A stretch of DNA of 50,407 nt from a virus, in the IMG/VR virus record IMGVR_UViG_3300045988_150894, positions 1-50,407 of that record. One strand, 5' to 3'. The translations under genes were made by a program, and so were the position numbers. Positions 1-8,333 of this stretch are shown here, piece by piece. The first letter of the stretch is position 1; each line of letters begins with the position of its first letter. The notes beneath the pieces are model-generated. The model did not search any database. It was not told the origin of the DNA and worked only from the letters and a program-made list of their open reading frames with translations.

Positions 1-64
1 AGGCCAATTGTTAAAGCATGTTGGTGCGAGTTAGGCCCCTGGCGCGGTGCCGGTGTGCCCCCTA
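1..64. repeat. Left genome end. Bases 1-31 are identical to 50377-50407 (terminal overlap). A GC-rich tract (36-64, cccctggcgcggtgccggtgtgccccc) follows in an otherwise AT-rich genome.
   Basis: Direct comparison of the first and last 31 nt. The unit aggccaattgttaaagcatgttggtgcgagtt continues the array at 50223-50407. Confidence 0.85.
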
Positions 65-118
65 TATATAGTATATAGAGCCATGTCCATAGGCAGAAAA
101 ATTTTTTGGCTTCAAATC

Positions 119-180
119 ATTCTCGCAAATTGCCACCAAATCAAAATTCGCAAAGGCCATCATTCAGGCATTCTCGCAAA
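119..180 (+). promoter_or_regulatory. Three direct copies of ATTC(TC)GCAAA at 119-129, 146-154 (degenerate) and 170-180
   Basis: Read directly. The same ATTCTCGC core recurs inverted at 412-420 and 507-515 and at other module boundaries. Confidence 0.5.
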
Positions 181-186
181 AAGGCC

Positions 187-226
187 GTAAACAAGAGAAA
201 CAAGAGAAACAATTGATTGTTTCTTG
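187..226. promoter_or_regulatory. GTAAACAAGAGAAACAAGAGAAACAAT iterated motif followed by an inverted TTGTTTCTTG
   Basis: Read directly. The same GTAAACAA..AGAAACAAT motif recurs at 28013-28228. Confidence 0.45.
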
Positions 227-581
227 ATAAGTGATTGATTTTCAATGAGTTATATATAAATAAACAATATAAACAAAGAAATTACTAAAAAATAGAATGA
301 GTTGTAATATAGAATTTATACTTATTATACTTATAAACCAAAATATAATTATTACATATTAGATGTACCGTATAATCTTTATGAACATGTCTTGTTTCGT
401 TTATTTCGAAATGCGAGAATGCTTAACTAATTGATTTTTAATACTTTGCTGAGAAACAAAAAGTTTTATATTGTTTCTTGAAAATTTTTTTCCTATGAAT
501 TTTCTGTGCGAGAATTTTTTTTATATATATCTATTTATGTATTTTCGTGTTGTAAATATAAATCGCAATAAAATTTCTAAT

Positions 582-1331
582 ATGGTAAACATTGATGGCA
601 TACAGGTAGATATTACTACAAGCATAGATAGCCTATTAAATGAATGGGCAGTCTTTACTGTAGAATTTGAATTTGATAGTAGGCTCATAGTCTGTCATAC
701 TTTCAATCAATCAGTGTATAGAGGAGTAAAAAGTCTAATCAGACAAATTCTAAGCATAAACGCAAAGAGTATAGAGCTAAGACAAGCTTTATTAAACAGC
801 AAATACATAACTGTTAATATAGAAAAGTATAATCTTACAGATGAGTTGGAAGTACTTGCTTACAAGTATGAACTGATAAAGGCGAATAGAACATATCTGC
901 CTTATGGCTATAATACTCTTATAAAAGCTGGTAATGCTCTTGAACAGAATTATGCTAATATATTATTACAAGAGCTTATAAGCGAAATAGACAAAAATGC
1001 TACATACCCACCAAACAGTATTTATAACACTCATAAAAGAGGGCGACTTCCAAAGTCTGTATGCTGTTATGATAGAAATACAGGTTTATTTATAAGCGAA
1101 TACGCTTCTATAAAAGATGCTGCTGAAGAAACAGGTATTTGTGCAAGTAATATATCCATGTGCTGTAACGGCCATATAAAATCAGCAGGAAGATATATAT
1201 GGTCTTATATTTATCAGCCAATAGTCGATATTTCTAAATCTAAAGATAGGCGCTTTAGAGAAGCTCAATTGCCATCAGAAGCCGAACTGATAGAAAGACA
1301 AAAGGAATTTATTGCAAAAAATCAACATTGA
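582..1331 (+). CDS. Homing-endonuclease-like DNA-binding protein: NUMOD1/IENR-type C-terminus with a degenerate GIY-YIG-like N-terminus
   Basis: The ORF track gives 471..1331 with a TTG start; the first ATG is at 582. The C-terminus 'KSVCCYDRNTGLFISEYASIKDAAEETGICASNISMCCNGHIKSAGRYIWSY' resembles the NUMOD1 helix-turn-helix of phage homing endonucleases. The N-terminal half ends '...ELIKANRTYLPYGYN', like the end of a GIY-YIG domain, but the GIY/YIG residues are not conserved. Confidence 0.45.
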   Translation: MVNIDGIQVDITTSIDSLLNEWAVFTVEFEFDSRLIVCHTFNQSVYRGVKSLIRQILSINAKSIELRQALLNSKYITVNIEKYNLTDELEVLAYKYELIKANRTYLPYGYNTLIKAGNALEQNYANILLQELISEIDKNATYPPNSIYNTHKRGRLPKSVCCYDRNTGLFISEYASIKDAAEETGICASNISMCCNGHIKSAGRYIWSYIYQPIVDISKSKDRRFREAQLPSEAELIERQKEFIAKNQH

Positions 1332-1332
1332 T

Positions 1333-2121
1333 ATGAAAACAGATAAAATAGCACAGAAATTAGCAGATATACTGCCATCACGCCCAGTAGTTCCCGGAAT
1401 GTCTAATCCAGATACATCTAAGCTTGTAGAACAAGAGGCCACGCGCATCAAATCAAAACAAGATGCAAAGGAATTGGCTCGTATTAAATATCTTGAAAAG
1501 CAGAAGCTTAAAAATCTTCAAGCTAAACAAGAAAAGCGTCAATCATTAGCAGAAGAGCTTGGTGTGGAAGAAATACCAGATGGCCAAACTGAGTTTCAAG
1601 CTAAACGTATTGTGGAGCAGCAAAAACGAGTTGAGGCTATTGAGGCACTTGAGGCTCAGACTGTAGAGCCGCTTAAAGCAACTGAGTTAGCAGAACGCCA
1701 TGACTCGGGCAGAGGTTCATATTCATCAGCTATACGCTCAGCACTTCAGTTACAAGGAGCATCAAGACCTGAAATAACAAAACTTCTTACTAGCCTTAAT
1801 ATCAATTTAAGTGTTCAGCTTACAAAGCAAGACACGGCTAATTTATTGGCTTGTTTATTAACATGTAACCACTCGCAGCTACAAGCCTTAATGACTAATA
1901 AAAAAGTGCCAGTTGTAATAAAAACTGTAATTAAGCGCCTTATTGAAGACGAAAAGCTAGGTAACATTGAAACTATAGAAAAATTATGGGATAGAATATT
2001 TGGCAAAGGACCTATGCAATTAAGTCTCCCAGAGCAGCAACAACTCCAAACTGGCATTATTCCTAACGTGCCTGTAAGTCGTGAAGCATATCTGATTATA
2101 CGTGAAAACTTAATAAAGTAA
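1333..2121 (+). CDS. terS: Putative terminase small subunit
   Basis: The first ATG is at 1333, directly after the upstream stop, and the gene sits immediately upstream of terL. The C-terminal 'KLWDRIFGKGP' resembles the DRxxGKP motif recalled from small terminases. The call rests on position and a weak motif only. Confidence 0.45.
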   Translation: MKTDKIAQKLADILPSRPVVPGMSNPDTSKLVEQEATRIKSKQDAKELARIKYLEKQKLKNLQAKQEKRQSLAEELGVEEIPDGQTEFQAKRIVEQQKRVEAIEALEAQTVEPLKATELAERHDSGRGSYSSAIRSALQLQGASRPEITKLLTSLNINLSVQLTKQDTANLLACLLTCNHSQLQALMTNKKVPVVIKTVIKRLIEDEKLGNIETIEKLWDRIFGKGPMQLSLPEQQQLQTGIIPNVPVSREAYLIIRENLIK

Positions 2122-2130
2122 AATATAGCA

Positions 2131-4860
2131 ATGAAGTCATTAAAAGAAATGCAAGAAACAGCACTAGATGCCACAAAGCCCGGAACTGTGAACCCAAAAG
2201 AACTTCTTCAGCTCGAATTGCTGACTTCTTTTGAAAAATATACAAAGTGCTTGTTCAAAGCCCAATATCATAGAAGTTTTATAGTTGCAGAGCATCATAA
2301 GAAGATGTTTAAGGCATTACAGGATGTTGTAGATGGTAAGTGTAAGCGACTTATTATCAATATAGCTCCCAGATACGGGAAATGCGTTAGTAAAGATACC
2401 CTTATTACGCTTGCTACAGGTGAGCGAAAAAAAATAGCTGATATACTGCCAGGAGATAAAGTGCTATCATTCAAAGATGGTAGAGCAGTTGTTAATAGCG
2501 TTATTGCTACTGAGCCGGCATATAAAGACTGCTATGAAATTACTATGAGGTCAGGTCGGTCAGTTGTATGCAGTATTGACCATCCTTGGAGAACACCGTT
2601 CGGGTATGTAAAATCTAATAGGCTTAAAATTGGAGATAGGATATTTGCACTAAAAAAAGAGTTAGACGGCGTCGAAACATTATCAGACGCGGAGATTATA
2701 CTAATATCAATGATGCTGTTTGACGGATGTTGTACAAAATCTGGTAAATTAGGATTTACTAACATAGATAAATTAGCGGTAAATGCTGTTATAAAGGCTG
2801 TTAATGAACTCGGAGGTGAGGTCAAGCATTATTCTTGTACCGCAGATTGTCAATATACCATATTAGGCGGAACTAATGGCGTAATAAATAACATTTTAAT
2901 AAAGCATAAATTAGTTGGAAATAACTCTTATACTAAAAGAATCCCATTAGGAATATTTAGTACTTCTATGCGACAAAAATATGTGTTTTTAGGAATGATG
3001 ATAGCGACAGATGGTACTATAAAAAAGAATGGTCAGTTGTCTATAGGCCTAGCAAACAAAGGACTTGCTGAGGATATTCAATATCTGTTATCTACTATGA
3101 AAATCCCATCAACTTTAGGATTTTATGAAAATGAAAAAGCTGGTATATGGAATGTTGCAATATCAAGAAGATATTCTCAAAAATTATATCCGCATTTGAA
3201 TTTTTATGGAAAAGCAGATAAAGCAAAAGAATACATTTTACAGCCTTCTAAAATAGAACGTACATGCACATACCCGTATTCTATAATAAAGAATGAAGGC
3301 CTTTACAAAATGATACACTTTGATTTAGGGTATAAATCAGTTGGGCCAAATAGGAATATGTCAGAAGATACATTTAGAGAATTAGTGGAAATTTTTCCTG
3401 ATAATCTTACGAGATATTGGGCTGAAGATTTCTATCCTGATGAAATTGTTAGTATAGAAGAAGTAGGAAAGCATGAATTAGTTCATATTGAAGTATCTGG
3501 CGATAAAAATTTTATAGCCAATGGGCTCGTATCACACAATACAGAATTAGTTATTAAGTCGTTTATATCATGGTGCTTTGCCTTAAACTCGCGATGCAGA
3601 TTTCTGCATCTATCTTATTCAGATATACTTGTGAATGATAATTCTGAAACAATCAGAAATATCATGCAGGAAGAGCTCTATAAGACTCTTTTTCCTAATT
3701 CGGCTCTTGCATCTGAGAAAGGCTCGGCTAAGAGATGGAAAACTAAAGCAGGTGGTGAGCTTTATGCAGTATCAACACAAGGTCAGGTAACAGGTTTTGG
3801 CGCAGGAAATGTTGATATTGACCCAGATATTAATAAAATGGACGGAGGCAATGATATATTCACATTTGATGACCATACGAATGAGATGCTTGATATGATA
3901 GGAGCTACAACAAACATTTTCCAAGGCGCGATTGTAATCGATGACCCAATTAAGCCAGAAGATGCTGAGTCAGATATTGTCCGCGAGCGTATTAACATGC
4001 GATTTGAGAACACAATTCGTAACCGTACTAACTCGCGTAACACTCCAATCATTATAATAATGCAAAGGCTGCATGAACATGACCTTTGTGGCTATTTGCA
4101 AGAGATAGAGCCAGACGAATGGACTGTTTTATCACTTCCAGTTATACAAGTAGACCCAGAAACTGGAGAAGAACATGCACTTTGGCCAATGAAGCATACA
4201 CTTGAAGAGCTTTATAAGATGCGTGAGATAAATCCACTTGTATTTGATACGCAGTATATGCAGGACCCAACACCAAAAGAGGGTCTTATGTATGAAGGAT
4301 TTAGAACTTATAAGATAGAAGAGCTTCCAACAGGCACAAAAGCACTTCAAAAGTGGAATTATACTGATACGGCTGACACAGGAGCTGATGATTTGTGTTC
4401 AATTTGCTTTATAAATACACCTGAATACTGTTATATAACTGATATTCTGTTTACAGATGCACCTATGGAGGTCACAGAGCCAAAACAGGCTGAAATGTTG
4501 ACCAAAAATGGCACCGTTGAAGCCTTAATCGAGTCAAATAACGGAGGCCGTGGCTATTCGCGCAATGTAAAGCGCATATTAAGAGTTGATTTGCGTAATT
4601 TCAGATGCGCTATTAAAACATTTACACAGACAGAGAATAAAAAGGCACGTATTTATACAGCCTCTGCTAATGTTCAAAGCGATATTCTGTTTCCAGAGGG
4701 CTGGGAGAAGAAATGGCCTAAGTTTTATAAGGCTCTTATGTCGTATCGTAAAGATAATAAGAAGAGAAACCAGCACGACGATGCTCCAGATTGCTTAACA
4801 GGAGTATATGAAATGCATGCAAGAAAAGGTGGACGTAAAAAAATACACTTAAGAAACTAG
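2131..4860 (+). CDS. terL: Terminase large subunit, interrupted by an in-frame intein
   Basis: Walker A 'APRYGK' is split from 'TELV' by the intein. Walker B-like 'GAIVIDDPIKPED', 'IIIMQRLHEHDL', and nuclease-domain acidic motifs 'YTDTADTGADD' and 'HDDAPDCLTG' are present. Confidence 0.95.
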   Translation: MKSLKEMQETALDATKPGTVNPKELLQLELLTSFEKYTKCLFKAQYHRSFIVAEHHKKMFKALQDVVDGKCKRLIINIAPRYGKCVSKDTLITLATGERKKIADILPGDKVLSFKDGRAVVNSVIATEPAYKDCYEITMRSGRSVVCSIDHPWRTPFGYVKSNRLKIGDRIFALKKELDGVETLSDAEIILISMMLFDGCCTKSGKLGFTNIDKLAVNAVIKAVNELGGEVKHYSCTADCQYTILGGTNGVINNILIKHKLVGNNSYTKRIPLGIFSTSMRQKYVFLGMMIATDGTIKKNGQLSIGLANKGLAEDIQYLLSTMKIPSTLGFYENEKAGIWNVAISRRYSQKLYPHLNFYGKADKAKEYILQPSKIERTCTYPYSIIKNEGLYKMIHFDLGYKSVGPNRNMSEDTFRELVEIFPDNLTRYWAEDFYPDEIVSIEEVGKHELVHIEVSGDKNFIANGLVSHNTELVIKSFISWCFALNSRCRFLHLSYSDILVNDNSETIRNIMQEELYKTLFPNSALASEKGSAKRWKTKAGGELYAVSTQGQVTGFGAGNVDIDPDINKMDGGNDIFTFDDHTNEMLDMIGATTNIFQGAIVIDDPIKPEDAESDIVRERINMRFENTIRNRTNSRNTPIIIIMQRLHEHDLCGYLQEIEPDEWTVLSLPVIQVDPETGEEHALWPMKHTLEELYKMREINPLVFDTQYMQDPTPKEGLMYEGFRTYKIEELPTGTKALQKWNYTDTADTGADDLCSICFINTPEYCYITDILFTDAPMEVTEPKQAEMLTKNGTVEALIESNNGGRGYSRNVKRILRVDLRNFRCAIKTFTQTENKKARIYTASANVQSDILFPEGWEKKWPKFYKALMSYRKDNKKRNQHDDAPDCLTGVYEMHARKGGRKKIHLRN
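2383..3540 (+). mobile_element. Intein (386 aa) with a LAGLIDADG homing-endonuclease domain, inserted in the TerL P-loop
   Basis: It starts at Cys85 ('CVSKDTLITLATGE', block A). Block B is 'VVCSIDHPW'. The LAGLIDADG motifs are 'LISMMLFDGCCT' and 'FLGMMIATDGTI'. It ends 'FIANGLVSHN' followed by Thr+1. Excision restores 'PRYGK-T'. Confidence 0.9.
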
Positions 4861-4861
4861 T

Positions 4862-5074
4862 ATGGAAAAGATGATAAGCCCGAATGGAGTTAAGGCAAAC
4901 ATGTGTTGTGCGAGCTGTTTACATAATAAATGGCTATATTACACTGGAGCGCCTAAAGTTACAAGATGGTGTGCTAAAAAATGTAAAGCCATAATTAACG
5001 GCAGAAATAAGTGCAGCTATTATGTAATGGATGAATTTTTTCAAAAAAGAGGCTATAAACCAATGAAAGATTAA
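4862..5074 (+). CDS. Small cysteine-rich hypothetical protein (possible zinc-binding)
   Basis: 70-aa ORF with an ATG start 2 nt after the terL stop. Cys pairs are 'CCASC' and 'WCAKKC...KC'. Confidence 0.5.
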   Translation: MEKMISPNGVKANMCCASCLHNKWLYYTGAPKVTRWCAKKCKAIINGRNKCSYYVMDEFFQKRGYKPMKD

Positions 5075-5161
5075 ATTCTCGCATTATTCTCGTAATTTCT
5101 AGGCTTCTAATTATATATGAATGATTAAATCATAAGCCTTGAATGAATATAATGCGAGAAT
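5075..5161. promoter_or_regulatory. Perfect 13-bp inverted repeat ATTCTCGCATTAT / ATAATGCGAGAAT (5075-5087 and 5149-5161), with an extra ATTCTCGT at 5086-5093
   Basis: Read directly. It starts 1 nt after the stop codon of the packaging module. It could act as a long-loop terminator or as paired operator sites. Confidence 0.5.
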
Positions 5162-5220
5162 ATGAGATAAAAAATACCTCTATAAAAAATGTTAAAAACG
5201 GTACAACTTATAAAGAAATT

Positions 5221-5234
5221 TAGTATATTTACAC
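5221..5234 (+). promoter_or_regulatory. Candidate promoter -7 box variant tagTATATTTAcac upstream of the virion-gene block
   Basis: It differs by one base (G to A) from the tagTATATTTGcat box repeated six times elsewhere. It lies about 95 nt upstream of the ATG at 5328. Confidence 0.35.
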
Positions 5235-5327
5235 TGTGGAGAAGTCAATTCGAAGCAAAAATACAGGTAATTCGATGCAAGTTAAGGGTAGCTGCTCGGT
5301 AGTATTAACATTAAAAACATAAATAAT

Positions 5328-5981
5328 ATGGGATTAAACTGTGGATGCCCTGCCGGTGCTCATATCGCCGACCTTGAGATTGCTGAATGCAAGGAGAGTA
5401 TGGGGCAAGTTCAAAAAGTTGCATTCCAGCGCATCTATAAGACAGCTGGAACGAAGAACTCTGTCACTGACCCGACTAAGAAAGCATCATTTTCTACCTT
5501 GTTTTCTGCGGCTGATGGTTCTAAAATGACAGTTTCTCCGTATATTCAAGGACCTACTTCTGAGCCTGGTGCAGCTCGTACATTCGGCGGTGGTAACCAG
5601 ACACTTGGAGGTATTGAGATTACAATCGGCCGTGAGCCGACAACGTTCTCTGCCACTATCTATCAGGAAAGTCAGAAGACAATTGCACAGCTGAAACAGT
5701 ATATGTGTGAAGAGATTGGTGTTTGGCTGATTGATGAAAATGGTAATATCGGCTGTTTGGTAGATGACCAGGATAAGCCTACAGAGTACTATCCTATTCC
5801 TATTGGTAAGTTCTTTGTTGGTGACAAGAAGCTTGGTGGTTTTGAAGAGCCAGACAGCAATACCATTGAATGGTCATTCTATCCTAACTGGAGTGATAAC
5901 TTCTACATCATTAAGCGTGAAACATTGGACTTCAATCCTCTTACAGATTTGGTTAATGCTGCTTCCGTTGGAGGAGCTTAA
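5328..5981 (+). CDS. Hypothetical virion protein. GC-enriched codon usage suggests high expression; it may be a major tail or other structural protein.
   Basis: 217-aa ORF. Hand-counted GC of a sample line is about 47%, against 27-42% for hand-counted backbone lines. No diagnostic motif was recognised. Confidence 0.6.
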   Translation: MGLNCGCPAGAHIADLEIAECKESMGQVQKVAFQRIYKTAGTKNSVTDPTKKASFSTLFSAADGSKMTVSPYIQGPTSEPGAARTFGGGNQTLGGIEITIGREPTTFSATIYQESQKTIAQLKQYMCEEIGVWLIDENGNIGCLVDDQDKPTEYYPIPIGKFFVGDKKLGGFEEPDSNTIEWSFYPNWSDNFYIIKRETLDFNPLTDLVNAASVGGA

Positions 5982-5992
5982 AACTTTCAGTT

Positions 5993-6205
5993 ATGAGAAA
6001 GAAAAAAGAACAAACAGTAACGTTAGTTGTGCCTAAGTACAATATGAGGCAGGAGTTTGGCATTCAGCATGCCGAACGCCTGCTTGATATGGGCACAGCC
6101 ATAAACGGTGGATGGGAATTACCTAAAGATAGCAATTATACTTACGACGAAGAAAATGGGCTTAGAGTTAAATCAGATAAAGCAAATTCTGCAAAAACCG
6201 TCTAA
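5993..6205 (+). CDS. Hypothetical protein
   Basis: 70-aa ORF with an ATG 12 nt after the upstream stop. Confidence 0.5.
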   Translation: MRKKKEQTVTLVVPKYNMRQEFGIQHAERLLDMGTAINGGWELPKDSNYTYDEENGLRVKSDKANSAKTV

Positions 6206-6233
6206 AAGACAGGTTATTCAGAAGGCTGTAAAT

Positions 6234-7898
6234 ATGCAGCGTCGTCTTAGGTTCCATACTGAGACGAATATCGCTGTATCTGATATTAACCAACCTACTA
6301 CCATATTCTTAGATTGGGTAAAGCATCTGCTTCCAAAAGATAAGTTCAACATATTCTTGCAGCTGTTCAAATTCCCGTTGCCAACGCCTGCTGTAGTTGA
6401 GGACGTCTATAGAGAGCTCGAAAGAGTTTTCTATAGTCGTAACTCATCTAGCTCATATCAATTTACAGACTCAGAGCTTGCAGAAGACTGGGCCTTGTAT
6501 CGCAAGAGCAATCTTAATGAGCCAGAGATATGGAAGACAATGGGATGGAAGCGAATGCAGGTATCACCCAATAGTATTTTGGTAGTAGACCTTCCTCAAG
6601 TACAAACATCTTTGTGCCCAGAGCCGTATTTTTATTGGCTTGAGATTGATGCTGTAATTGATTACCAGACTTCTAAACTTGATGAAAATCAGTTTGAGTG
6701 GCTTATTTTCAAACAGCTGGAACATCGAATAGCTGTATTTGATGATACTTCTATAAGAGTATATCAGCTGAATGAGAAAAATGAAATTCAGTCACTTATT
6801 TCAGAGGCAAAGCATGATTTAGGATATTGCCCAGCTCGGTTCTTTTGGTCAACACAACTCAATGAGAAAAATAAAGACCTTAAGAAAAATCCAATTACAA
6901 AAGAGCTGTCAAATCTTGATTGGTATTTGTTCTTCTCTATTTCGAAGCAGCATTTAGACTTGTATGCACCTTATCCTATATATAGTGCGTATGAAGCTGA
7001 TTGTAATTTTGAGAATAATGAGACTGGTGATTACTGCGATGGAGGTTTTCTACGCAATGCAAAAGGCGAGTATAAAATTCTCAATGATGGAACAGTTGAA
7101 AAGTGTCCTTGCTGTAGCGAAAAGCGTATAGCTGGTCCTGGTTCATTCTTAGAAGTTCCTATACCAAATCAATCTGAAGGTGTCACAGATATGCGTAATC
7201 CTGTTCAGATAACTACTATCGATAAAGACTCACTTGATTATAATGTCAATGAGTGCGCAAGGCTTAAAAATGAAATTGTAATTTCTGTTGTTGGTTCAGG
7301 TGGTACTGTAAGTGAAAAAGAAGCTATCAATGAAACTCAGGTAACTGCTAACTTTGAAAGCAAAACCTCAGTTCTCAATGCCTTAAAGACCAACTTTGAA
7401 TTGGCACAGAAATTTGTCGAAGATACTGTTTGCAAACTCAGGTATGGAGGTGCTTTCATATCATCTTCTGTAAACTGGGGTACAGAGTTTTACGTTTTCA
7501 CAGTAACAGAACTATATTCTAAGTACAAACAAGCAAAGGAGAATGGTGCGTCTAACTCAGAACTAGATGCTATATCGCAACAAATTCTTGAAGTTGAGTA
7601 TCGCAATAATCCTTTGGTACTTCAGAGAATGCTGATTTTGAAACAGTTGGAGCCTTATCCACATAAAACGTTGGACGAAGTGTTAAAGCTGTATGAAAAA
7701 AAGTTAATTGATGAAAATCTGGTAAAACTTAAAATAAATTTTAGTACTTTAGTTGAAAAATTCGAGCGTGAGAACATTAACATAATTGAGTTTGCTTCAA
7801 ACAAGCCAATGAGAGAAAAAATCGATATAATTAACAAAAAACTTTTAGAATATGTATCAAAAGATGGACTTACAGCAACTACAGGGGCACAGTCTTGA
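6234..7898 (+). CDS. Portal protein (putative)
   Basis: A protein of about 555-596 aa lying between the terminase and the scaffold/capsid genes. The ORF is open from 6108 (GTG). ATGs occur at 6156 and 6234, and 6234 avoids overlap with 5993..6205. The start is uncertain. Confidence 0.6.
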   Translation: MQRRLRFHTETNIAVSDINQPTTIFLDWVKHLLPKDKFNIFLQLFKFPLPTPAVVEDVYRELERVFYSRNSSSSYQFTDSELAEDWALYRKSNLNEPEIWKTMGWKRMQVSPNSILVVDLPQVQTSLCPEPYFYWLEIDAVIDYQTSKLDENQFEWLIFKQLEHRIAVFDDTSIRVYQLNEKNEIQSLISEAKHDLGYCPARFFWSTQLNEKNKDLKKNPITKELSNLDWYLFFSISKQHLDLYAPYPIYSAYEADCNFENNETGDYCDGGFLRNAKGEYKILNDGTVEKCPCCSEKRIAGPGSFLEVPIPNQSEGVTDMRNPVQITTIDKDSLDYNVNECARLKNEIVISVVGSGGTVSEKEAINETQVTANFESKTSVLNALKTNFELAQKFVEDTVCKLRYGGAFISSSVNWGTEFYVFTVTELYSKYKQAKENGASNSELDAISQQILEVEYRNNPLVLQRMLILKQLEPYPHKTLDEVLKLYEKKLIDENLVKLKINFSTLVEKFERENINIIEFASNKPMREKIDIINKKLLEYVSKDGLTATTGAQS

Positions 7899-8316
7899 GG
7901 AAGTAAAAGCCTATAAGAAACAAGCTGTTGCTCGTAAAGCTGAGCTTGAAGCCTTGAAAACAAAAGGCGGTAAAGCTTGGACTGATGAGCTCCAGGATGA
8001 GCTTGATGATGTGGCTCTTTTCTTGGTTGATATTGACGATGCCATTGAAGAAAAAGAAGCTACTAAGACAAAAACCAAAAAATCTACTTATGTTCCTAAA
8101 GCAGGTACTGAGAAGATGGTTCATTTGTCACTTGTTCGCGGACGCAGATTTAACCCACTTACCGGAAAAGAAGAGTCTGCTCCATTTACTCAGTTGTTCA
8201 CATTTGCAGAGTGGCAACTCTTTAAGAAGAACTTCAAAGGTCTTGGCTATACAATCATGGAAGTTTTGCATGACCCTTACGGAGATGCTGCAGAGTTAGT
8301 TGTCAAAAATAAATAA
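7852..8316 (+). CDS. Hypothetical protein in the head module
   Basis: 154-aa ORF overlapping the portal 3' end. An alternative ATG lies at 7864. Confidence 0.6.
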   Translation: MYQKMDLQQLQGHSLEEVKAYKKQAVARKAELEALKTKGGKAWTDELQDELDDVALFLVDIDDAIEEKEATKTKTKKSTYVPKAGTEKMVHLSLVRGRRFNPLTGKEESAPFTQLFTFAEWQLFKKNFKGLGYTIMEVLHDPYGDAAELVVKNK

Positions 8317-8333
8317 CAAAATATCACAAAGCT

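Noticed and set aside
471-581. N-terminal extension of the first ORF from a TTG start at 471 ('MFLENFFPMNFLCENFFYIYLF...')
   Set aside because: The extension translates the AT-rich regulatory repeats (including a GCGAGAAT motif) into Phe/Asn/Tyr-rich sequence. The first ATG, at 582, gives a sensible N-terminus.
5993-6236. Overlap of ORF 5993..6205 with the upstream-extended portal frame (open from GTG 6108), considered as a frameshift-fused or split portal gene
   Set aside because: The simple explanation suffices: the 70-aa ORF ends at 6205 and the portal gene has in-frame ATGs at 6156 and 6234. No slippery sequence was seen at the overlap.
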